NCBI GenBank assembly: GCA_963665295.1 | Contig: OY762209.1 | Span: forward strand, 2,368,001-2,432,000 | Source: Syntrophorhabdaceae bacterium | Lineage (GTDB): Bacteria > Desulfobacterota > Syntrophorhabdia > Syntrophorhabdales > Syntrophorhabdaceae | Reading direction: 5' to 3' | Length of the DNA: 64,000 bases | Shown here: one piece after another, positions 1 to 7,431 of the stretch | Layout: the number at the start of each line of letters is the position of its first letter | Numbering within the stretch: position 1 is the stretch's first letter | Notes under the pieces: generated by a model | Told to the model about the DNA's origin: nothing | What the model saw: only the letters and a program-made list of their open reading frames with translations | Database searches by the model: none | Program-made: the position numbers and the translations under genes

Positions 1-561
1 GGAGATGGAAAGGATGCCCTCCCGTCCCTTGGGGTCGAGGTCGGTTACGGGTTCGTCCATAACGAGGACCCCCGGTTCCAGGGCAAGGACCGAGCCTATG
101 GCGAGGCGCTGTTTCTGTCCGCCCGAAAGGGTGGCCGAGTCGCGGTGTCCCATATGTTCGAGGCCTACGAAGGCAAGGTAACGGTCTATCCGTTCCTTGA
201 TGACATTCTTCGGGAGTCCCTGGTTCTCAGGGCCGAAGGCGATCTCAAGCTCCACGTTGGTGGAGAAAAGCTGGGCCTCGAAATCCTGGAGGACAAGGCC
301 TACCATCTTCGAGAGGTCGACAATGCCGCATTTTGTCACGTCCTTTCCCGCCACCGTCAGGCGTCCTCGATAATCTCCCCGGAAAAACCTCGGGACGAGG
401 CCGTTCATGGCCATGGAGAGGGTGGATTTTCCCGCGCCTCCATGGCCCATGAGGGCCACGAAGGTCCCTTCCTCGATCTGCTCCCGGAGGTCTACGAGGG
501 CATGGGTATCGCAGTCGCGGTAGGTGAAGAAGAGAGACTCCAGGGAGACTGAAACGGTCAT
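1..561 (-). CDS. ECF transporter ATPase (EcfA/CbiO-like), truncated by window edge; not in ORF track
   Basis: Manual translation from ATG at 561: Walker A GHGGAGKST, Q-loop VLQD, signature LSGGQKQR, Walker B VLVMDEP. Directly downstream of an S-component gene. Confidence 0.9.
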   Translation of the reverse strand, partial: MTVSVSLESLFFTYRDCDTHALVDLREQIEEGTFVALMGHGGAGKSTLSMAMNGLVPRFFRGDYRGRLTVAGKDVTKCGIVDLSKMVGLVLQDFEAQLFSTNVELEIAFGPENQGLPKNVIKERIDRYLAFVGLEHMGHRDSATLSGGQKQRLAIGSVLALEPGVLVMDEPVTDLDPKGREGILSIS

Positions 562-567
562 GGGTGC

Positions 568-1314
568 CTAGAGGAGGAGGCCGCCGAGGATTATGAGCCC
601 CGCCGATATCCAACCGAGGACGTTTGCGGGGAGAGCGGTGACGAGACCCGCGAGGAGTCCGAGGGCTACGCCCGCCGATACGATCCATGCGCCTATGGGA
701 CCCACGAGTCGTCCCGAGGGCCGTTTGATATCCATCACGTCGGTCCAGAGGAGACCGAGCTGGCCCCTCGTGATGTCGTGAACGGCTATGAGGAGTACTA
801 CCCCCGTCATGCCGCCTATGCAGTTGTTGGCGGTGATGATCTTCGAGAGGACCGTGTAGGGGACGATGCCGAGGGCATCGACGCCCACGGATATGAAGAC
901 CGCGCATGCGCCGCTCGAAATGATCGTAATGAGGACGTACCGTATCCAGCTTATGGGGCTCTTGACCTTCCATTCGTAGGTAGCGCCGGCGGAAGGGAGG
1001 AGGGTCGTCCAGAGGGCATACACGAGGTATCCCTGGATGAAATTCCCCGCGAAGCCCGCGAGCGAGGCGGGGCCGAAGGTGCCGCCGAAGATGTCGCCGA
1101 TAAGGTTGCCGAAGGCGAGGCCCCAGGCGCCGGCGGGGCCGAAGAGAAAGCCGAAGACGACGAGGAAGATGCCCGCCACCCTCACCTCCGTGATGCCGGG
1201 TACGAGGGGTATGGCGGTCTTGAAGGCGATGAGGGCGGCCGCGTAGATGGCGGCGCAGACCGCCACGAGCACGATCATTCGCGTGTTCTTCCACATGGAA
1301 AAGGCGTAGCTCAT
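568..1314 (-). CDS. ECF transporter substrate-binding S component (QueT-like family)
   Basis: Highly hydrophobic 248 aa with FGPAGAWGLAFGNLIGD, typical of S components; SD AGGAG upstream; followed by an ECF ATPase. Confidence 0.75.
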   Translation of the reverse strand: MSYAFSMWKNTRMIVLVAVCAAIYAAALIAFKTAIPLVPGITEVRVAGIFLVVFGFLFGPAGAWGLAFGNLIGDIFGGTFGPASLAGFAGNFIQGYLVYALWTTLLPSAGATYEWKVKSPISWIRYVLITIISSGACAVFISVGVDALGIVPYTVLSKIITANNCIGGMTGVVLLIAVHDITRGQLGLLWTDVMDIKRPSGRLVGPIGAWIVSAGVALGLLAGLVTALPANVLGWISAGLIILGGLLL

Positions 1315-1358
1315 GGTGGTTGTCTCCTGTGCGGCTCGATCCGATGAACCGATGGTTG

Positions 1359-1388
1359 AATATATGATAGGAGCGGTTTATCTGTCAA
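1359..1388 (-). promoter_or_regulatory. sigma70-type promoter for the ECF operon
   Basis: Minus strand TTGACA-N18-TATATT, about 45 nt upstream of the start at 1314. Confidence 0.55.
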
Positions 1389-1410
1389 TGAGAAAGAACG
1401 GGGAGGAGGC

Positions 1411-1446
1411 GAGGAGAGAGAGGAGAGAGAGGAGAGAGAGGAGAGA
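1411..1446 (+). repeat. Perfect tandem repeat (GAGGAGAGA)x4
   Basis: Read directly from the sequence. Confidence 0.95.
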
Positions 1447-2244
1447 GGCGGGGAACGAAGGTTGGGAGGGTGAGTGTGTTCGTTGGTTCCGTATTGCAAG
1501 TCCTTAGGCGGCCGCACGAGGGGAATGCGCCATATAGACCACTCTGCAAAGGCAGGCGTGCTCTGGCGTATGAATATACGCCGACGCCCAGCCTCCCTTC
1601 ACAGCCTGGCCCATCTGACGCATCCCCCTCGTGCGGCCGCCTATTCCGCCCGGCTCCAGTTAATTTATAAGAAGATAATGGTCGCCGGGGGCACTACCGC
1701 ACGGTTAGGAGAGCACTGGCGTGCCCGATAATTCCTGCTTGATATTTGAGGCGGCATGGAACAGAATAGATTCTGTATGAGAAGCGTATGTCCCATTGGT
1801 GCAAAAGGAGGGCAAACGCTTTTGCCGACCCGTTGGAAAGTAAGGAATTTGATAAATCAATGAGCGTCCATGAGGTCTCCCCAGACTCTTTAAAGTGAAA
1901 AACTGAAGCAAGGAATCAACGGAAACGAGCGCAAGCAAGTAAATAACTCTCGGTGCTCATTGCAGGATTCGGGAAGGCGACCGGAACGTCGTTTAAAGTT
2001 CAATTGACAGCCTAGATTTCTTTCGGAACCGCTCCACGTATAGCTTCCTGAAAGAGATTCTTGCCCCTGCTGCCCAGCATGAAAGGTTACAAGTGGTGTT
2101 TATCGAGCAATTGCTGCATGCAACATAACATCGCTCTGTGGGTCGATGATATGTTGCAAATAGGCGAGGCCAGACTCCCGTCATAGCGGATTGCATCTCT
2201 TTGATTTCTTAAGGAATATTCTTCAAGTTCCGATCCTTTATCTG

Positions 2245-2273
2245 TTGACATTCTCTCCACCAAATACTAAGCT
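2245..2273 (+). promoter_or_regulatory. Pc-like cassette promoter
   Basis: TTGACA-N17-TAAGCT facing the GTTATGC core site at 2306 and the first cassette ORF. Confidence 0.7.
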
Positions 2274-2289
2274 TTTCACAAATTACATA

Positions 2290-2314
2290 CTGCGGTAGAT
2301 TAATTGTTATGCCT
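2290..2314 (+). mobile_element. attI-like integron recombination site (core GTTATGC at 2306-2312)
   Basis: GTTATGCCT is the exact reverse complement of AGGCATAAC at the cassette's attC (3145-3153). No attC hairpin lies upstream; there is an AT-rich stretch and a promoter instead. Confidence 0.55.
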
Positions 2315-2342
2315 CTTATGAAATAGGATAATTGCCAACAGC

Positions 2343-3131
2343 ATGGACGTGCGTATCGAGAACATAGTCACAGGCCTGAGCAAATCCGGGAGATACTCTC
2401 GTCTCCTCAGCTATATTACCGACCCCGTACGCCCCTCGTTTTTGTTCGAGCTTTTGTTTGCTAATGCCGTCGAGGATAGTGGAGTTCTTTTGAACTATGA
2501 AGTTAATGTTCGCTCAGACACGAATGCGACTGTTGATTTTGTTCATGACGACGGTGACGGCACCCGTCTTTGCTTCGAACTTGTTAGCCCAGAAATGAGC
2601 CAAGAACTTAAGCGCGAGTCTGCTCCCGTTAAGACTGACATCGAAGGCGTGTCTAGGTACTCCGTTCGGCTGGAAAGCAGACATGAAAACCAGTACTTGA
2701 GGCCAGAAGCTCTAACCATCAGGATGCAGGAAAAGCTTCTTGAGAAAGTAGGAAAATTTCCAGGGCCCAGAGACGATGTCTTTTCGACTATTGTGGTTGA
2801 TTGTTCTGCTTTTCATTTTGGCCATTTTGATGGCGAGGATTGCAGAATGGTGATTTTTGGAAGGACGCAAGAACCCCACTTCCAGGAGTTCTGGGATAAC
2901 AAGCCGATCCAAGGCATACTAAATCCCGCTAACCAGAGGCGTAGCGCGAAGGAATTCCAGGAACGTATCACGGCGGTAATATTCGTCATAGAGAAAGACG
3001 TTGCCATACTTGACAAAGCTTTTCTCGTGTTGAATGTGTCTCGGTCGATGCCGCACTTGGAAGCGTTTTGGTCAAAGTTGAGAGCTAGGCCTATTTTTGG
3101 CAAGCTAAAATATGTGGCACCAGCTCAATGA
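2343..3131 (+). CDS. Integron gene-cassette protein of unknown function
   Basis: 262 aa ORF with AT-richer codon usage, fills the space between the core site (2306) and attC (3147). Confidence 0.8.
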   Translation: MDVRIENIVTGLSKSGRYSRLLSYITDPVRPSFLFELLFANAVEDSGVLLNYEVNVRSDTNATVDFVHDDGDGTRLCFELVSPEMSQELKRESAPVKTDIEGVSRYSVRLESRHENQYLRPEALTIRMQEKLLEKVGKFPGPRDDVFSTIVVDCSAFHFGHFDGEDCRMVIFGRTQEPHFQEFWDNKPIQGILNPANQRRSAKEFQERITAVIFVIEKDVAILDKAFLVLNVSRSMPHLEAFWSKLRARPIFGKLKYVAPAQ

Positions 3132-3146
3132 ACTGTGTAAAGAAAG

Positions 3147-3237
3147 GCATAACTGCCGCGCGGACCGGACGCGGTGAAATATCGAACTTTGTTTCTGAAA
3201 GGTGGTCACGCCCGCGCCGGTTACGCTGGTGTTATGC
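3147..3237 (+). mobile_element. Integron attC site (complete)
   Basis: GCATAAC...GTTATGC ends; inner arms GCGCGGACCGGACGCGG / CCGCGCCGGTTACGC pair with extrahelical bases; 91 bp; starts 15 nt after the ORF stop. Confidence 0.85.
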
Positions 3238-3260
3238 CTTTCATTTCAAAGTAGGTAGTA

Positions 3261-3344
3261 ATGAGCTTTATAAAACAAATACTGTGCCGACTTTTGACAA
3301 CTAGATCTCATTCTTTAAAGAATAAGTCGTATAAATGGTGCTAA
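3261..3344 (+). CDS. 27-aa ORF in second (mini) cassette, MSFIKQILCRLLTTRSHSLKNKSYKWC; possibly an internally deleted gene
   Basis: ATG preceded by AGGT; stop lies 3 nt before the next attC-like half site. Confidence 0.35.
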   Translation: MSFIKQILCRLLTTRSHSLKNKSYKWC

Positions 3345-3347
3345 AGG

Positions 3348-3380
3348 CCATAACAAGACTAATTCAGCCGACGCAAAAAG
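3348..3380 (+). mobile_element. Left half of a second attC, truncated
   Basis: CCATAAC-AAGACTAATTCAGCCGACGCAAAAAG looks like an attC left arm plus loop. The complementary right arm is absent and the transposase 3' end follows. Confidence 0.6.
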
Positions 3381-3393
3381 AGTGGTCGAGGGG

Positions 3394-4179
3394 TCAGCCC
3401 TTGACACGGGACATAAGCGCCTCAACCCGGCCTAATTCCTTCTGTAAGGCCTTATCCCCAGCCATTTTCGCCATGAGTCGTGTGCCTGTTTTTGTCACTG
3501 CCGAGTAACTGATCCCTCCGAAGTAGTCGCCAATCTCCCGGTTCGTAAGGTCCGTATGCTTTCGCGTGAGGTATATGGCATACGTTCTATAGGGTGACGA
3601 GGTTCGCACGGTCTCTTCGGAGACTTTGAAATGGGAAGAAAGGAGACGGACGATATCCTCCACATTATGGGAGCCGAGCCTTCTACGGTGCGAAATCTCC
3701 CTGTTTTTGAACGTCCCCTCCGTAATACGTCGAAGAGTCTCTTTGATGAATTGTTTCTTTCCTATCATCATGCCGCCGTAAACCGGCGGGTCGGGGAGGT
3801 CCTTGCCGACGCCTGATTCAACGAACTCGCGATAGCGCAAAGGATCAATCATTCCCCAGATGAGGTTACGGGCAACCATGCTCTTTTGTTCGGGAAAGAT
3901 ATATGCGCGATAGCTGCTATAGGGATAGTGCTCCGCTCTTTCGACCAGTTTTGCCCGGACCGGATTGAGGTGGACGTACCGGGAAAGCTCCAGAAGACAA
4001 CTGTCTTTGTCGATAAGGATGGCCTTATACCGTCCCTGAAACAGATGGCCGGAGCGTTTCCTCTTGATGTTGAAGTAGGTGGTATATCCACTGCCCAATG
4101 CATGCATAAAGCTGTTGAGGTTGGCACGGGGTGTCTCAAGAATGAGGTGGTAGTGATTTCCCATGAGCGCGGGAGTCAA
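3394..4179 (-). pseudogene. 5'-truncated RAYT/IS200-like Y1 HUH transposase with C-terminal DnaA/TrpR-like HTH
   Basis: Motifs LMGNHYHL (HUH), GHLFQGRYKA, YVHLNPVRA, YPYSSY; C-terminal EIGDYFGGISYSAV; ends VKG* within GTCAAGGGCTGACCCC. The usual N-terminal segment before the HUH motif is missing. Confidence 0.85.
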
Positions 4180-4838
4180 AGGGGGACGACCGTAAACAAT
4201 TAAATAACTTTCGGCGTTCTTTGTAGAGTTTCATTGTCGAGCAGGCCCGGTCTCTGCATATGTTCCTGCTTTCTTGCGGCAATAGCGAATGCGCTGAAAA
4301 AGCCTCGGTGTAGAGTAGGTCAAGTTCGCACCAAAGCCCGGTTTCGGCCTCTTACCGCCTTCTATGTGTAACCAGCGGCTGCATGCGGGGGACAAAGGAC
4401 ACTGCTTTGCACGTGTGGCAGTTCGTCTCCTAATATGGGTCATCTACGGGCAACAAATGGAACTTAAAGGCCGTGCCGTTTGGCCGCTTTATGCTTCTCC
4501 TGACCCACTACAGGACGGTCCGAGGTAGCATTTCCGGTCAATTTCGTGCATCCATTCATGATACAACGGCCGGAATGCGGACCATATGCAACCGTCAACG
4601 CTGTCATTTCTTATTATCGCACATGCAGGACAGTAGCTCCTGCATGTCGGGGCGCTATTCTGTTTCCTCTGAAGGCCTGGTGGAGCTACGAAACATGGCC
4701 CTTACCTCTTCACATTGACTCTGAAATCAGGCTCCCTCACAATTTCTATCGGATCACCCATTGTAAATCGCTTTATCAGGTGCACGTAAAACTTATACGT
4801 GGCTTCCACATCCGTGTTATCCGGTAAAAATACTGCGA

Positions 4839-4866
4839 TTGACATTGTTCCTGGGGGGCTTATATT
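4839..4866 (+). promoter_or_regulatory. sigma70-type promoter of sixA (possibly leaderless)
   Basis: TTGACA-N16-TATATT ending 6 nt before ATG 4873; no clear SD. Confidence 0.5.
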
Positions 4867-4872
4867 TATATC

Positions 4873-5337
4873 ATGTTTTTGTATCTGGCTCAGCATGGGG
4901 AGGCGAAAAGGGAACAGGACGATCCGGCGCGGGGGCTTACGGATAAGGGTTTGCTGGACGTGGGCAAGGTGGCCGGACATCTGGCCGAGGTGGTTGATAT
5001 GCCTCTGCGGATTTACCATAGCGGCAAGACGAGGGCCATGCAGACTGCTTCCCTGTTTTACTACTCCCTGAAACCCACTGAGGAGATTATCGGGGTGGAA
5101 GGACTGTCGCCCATGGATGACCCCGGGATTTGGGGAAACCGCCTGTGGGGGATTGAACAGAACGTGATGCTCGTGGGCCATCTTCCCCACCTTGCGAGGC
5201 TCTCGGGCCAACTCCTTGTGGGAGACCCGCGAAAAACGGTGATAAACTTCAAGATGGGCGGCGTGGTGTGCCTGAAGCGCGATGAACCGGGCCGGTGGCT
5301 TCTCGAATGGATGGTGACCCCCGACGTGATCCGTTAG
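4873..5337 (+). CDS. sixA: Phosphohistidine phosphatase SixA
   Basis: LYLAQHGEA, HSGKTRAMQTA and MLVGHLPHL histidine-phosphatase motifs. Confidence 0.9.
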   Translation: MFLYLAQHGEAKREQDDPARGLTDKGLLDVGKVAGHLAEVVDMPLRIYHSGKTRAMQTASLFYYSLKPTEEIIGVEGLSPMDDPGIWGNRLWGIEQNVMLVGHLPHLARLSGQLLVGDPRKTVINFKMGGVVCLKRDEPGRWLLEWMVTPDVIR

Positions 5338-5428
5338 CGCGGGAGGTTTACGGACGGGAATGTGCGGCGCGCCATCGGAAATTGATCGTAACTTTCATAA
5401 AAGGCAAGACAAAGGAAGGAGACAATCC

Positions 5429-6565
5429 GTGCAGAGAGATTCCGTACTTTTCAGCCCTCTGGAAATAGGCGGCCTTACCCTCCGGAACCGTATCACCATG
5501 GCCCCTCTCTTTGTGGGATACGCGGGAGTGGAGGGAACGGTCAATCAACTGGTTCTCGACCATTACATGAGGATGGCGGACTCAGGCGCGGCCCTTATAG
5601 TGGTGGAAAATGCGGGAATCGATCCGGCCGGACTCGGCTCCCCCTTCATGATCAGGATCGACGACGATTCCTGTGTAACAGGACTCACCGCCCTGGCGAA
5701 GGTCATACACCAGGCAGGGGCTAAGGCGATCCAGCAGATTAACCACGCGGGGCGATACGCTTACGGAAGGGAACGAATTGCACCGTCTCCCGTCGCGATC
5801 GGTGAGGTGATACCCAGGGAGATGACCGCCCGTGACTTCCGGCATGTGATCGGCTCCTTTGCCGCCTCTTCAAAACGGGTGAAATCGGCCGGCTTTGACG
5901 GCGTGGAACTCCACGGCGGCACAGGTTACCTTCTTTCCCAGTTTCTTTCCCCCAGGCTCAACAGGAGAAGCGATGAGTACGGCGGGGCCCTGGAGAACCG
6001 CATGCGGTTCCCTCTCGAAGTTTTGGATGCCGTGAGGGATGCGGTGGGCGGAGGATTTCCCGTGGGCTACAGGTTTCTCGCGGACGAGCTCCTGCCCGGC
6101 GGTTTCTCCATGGATGAGGCCGTGGTCTTTGCCCGTGAGCTTGAAAAGAGAGGGATCGCGTACCTGTCGGTAATGGCGGGAACCCATGAATCTTTCAAGG
6201 TCCCGCCTTACGCGGATATGGAAAAAGAAGAGGGCTACATGGTCCCTTTCGCGGCCGGGATCAAGGAAACCACGCCCCATACGCCTGTTATCGCGGCGGG
6301 TCGGATCCAGACCCCTGCATATGCGGAAAAGATCATAGAAGAGGGCAAAACAGACCTTATCGGTCTCGCGCGGGTACTCTTTGCGGACCCTCTATGGCCT
6401 AAGAAGGCCCAGGGAGTGGTTTCGGAGCCCATCATCCCTTGTGGCGAATCATGCTCTCTCTGCACCAGGATGACCATGCTCGGCAAACCGCTGTACTGCT
6501 CCCGATGGACCAGGGAAGAAAGGACATCTTTTCTGGAAAAGACGGGCCAAAAGGAAGAGGAGTAG
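5429..6565 (+). CDS. NADH:flavin oxidoreductase (OYE family) with C-terminal Cys cluster
   Basis: RNRITMAP, GFDGVELHGGTGYLLSQFLSP, NRRSDEYGG; CGESCSLC...C. GTG start at 5429 after SD AAGGAG. Confidence 0.9.
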   Translation: MQRDSVLFSPLEIGGLTLRNRITMAPLFVGYAGVEGTVNQLVLDHYMRMADSGAALIVVENAGIDPAGLGSPFMIRIDDDSCVTGLTALAKVIHQAGAKAIQQINHAGRYAYGRERIAPSPVAIGEVIPREMTARDFRHVIGSFAASSKRVKSAGFDGVELHGGTGYLLSQFLSPRLNRRSDEYGGALENRMRFPLEVLDAVRDAVGGGFPVGYRFLADELLPGGFSMDEAVVFARELEKRGIAYLSVMAGTHESFKVPPYADMEKEEGYMVPFAAGIKETTPHTPVIAAGRIQTPAYAEKIIEEGKTDLIGLARVLFADPLWPKKAQGVVSEPIIPCGESCSLCTRMTMLGKPLYCSRWTREERTSFLEKTGQKEEE

Positions 6566-6579
6566 GAGTCTTCACCTCT

Positions 6580-7326
6580 TTACCCCGCCCTCAGGTATCG
6601 CAGGGCCATCCATAATCCCACTGCTGCAAAGACCACCCGAAGCAGAAGTTCGGGCAGGGCGGTCGCCGCCGTCGCTCCGAGATAGCCGCCCGCGAGCGCC
6701 CCGGCCGCCAGGCCCCACGCCATGTCCGTCCTCACGTTGCCAAGCCTGTAATGGGTTATGGCTCCCGCCATGGCCACCGGGATCATGGCCAGGAGTGATG
6801 TACCTTGGGCAAGGTGCTGGCCCATACCGGCGATAATTACCATGGGCGGCACCATGACTACTCCTCCTCCCACGCCCATCATGCCCGAGAGAAAACCTGT
6901 GGCCGCGCCGATGAAAAGGTAAATGGCGATGCCCGGCCAGAACGGAATGCCGCCGGCAAACGAGGGGAGATAGTCTTTTGCAGGGAGCATCATCGCTGCG
7001 AAGAGCAGAAATATCCCGAAGGCCTTTTTCAGCTTTTTCTCGGACAAGGAGTGGGCGAAGTGAGCGCCGAGCCGGGCGGTAAAAATGGCGCTTGCCGCGA
7101 GGACGAGGGATACCTTCCAGTCGGCGTTTCCGTGAGCGAGGTAGGTTACGGCCCCTACCGAGGCGGTAAAGGCGATTGCCACGAGGCTGGTCCCGTGCGC
7201 CTGATGCTGGGTCAGTTTCCCGAGGCCCGTCATGAGAGGGATCATGATGACCCCGCCCCCCACGCCCAGGAGTCCTCCGAAGGTGCCGCCGAGAAAACCG
7301 CACAAAACGCCGACAAGTAGCCTCAT
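6580..7326 (-). CDS. TauE/SafE (TSUP) family membrane transporter
   Basis: Duplicated GLLGVGGG / GMMGVGGG and AxGTSL motifs; hydrophobic. Start could be 7356. Confidence 0.85.
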   Translation of the reverse strand: MRLLVGVLCGFLGGTFGGLLGVGGGVIMIPLMTGLGKLTQHQAHGTSLVAIAFTASVGAVTYLAHGNADWKVSLVLAASAIFTARLGAHFAHSLSEKKLKKAFGIFLLFAAMMLPAKDYLPSFAGGIPFWPGIAIYLFIGAATGFLSGMMGVGGGVVMVPPMVIIAGMGQHLAQGTSLLAMIPVAMAGAITHYRLGNVRTDMAWGLAAGALAGGYLGATAATALPELLLRVVFAAVGLWMALRYLRAG

Positions 7327-7431
7327 GTAATGAAAAGTCCCGCCCGAATATACCACGGCAGCCGGTATTAGTCTATTTCAATTGCGCCGGCCCGCCCTTG
7401 TCCCCGGTGTTGCGGGAAACCGGACCGGGAC

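Noticed and set aside
145..1347. ORFs 145-552(+), 245-1294(-), 778-1347(+)
   Set aside because: Shadow or alternate frames of the ECF genes; low-complexity products with no motifs.
1470..2196. Short ORFs in the AT-rich zone as an intact integron integrase
   Set aside because: No tyrosine-recombinase motifs (R, HxxR, H, Y) in the listed ORFs, and all are too short.
4365..4430. GTGTAACCAGCGGCTGCATGCGG as another attC, or as the missing right arm of attC2
   Set aside because: No complementary arm or correctly placed GTT core found.
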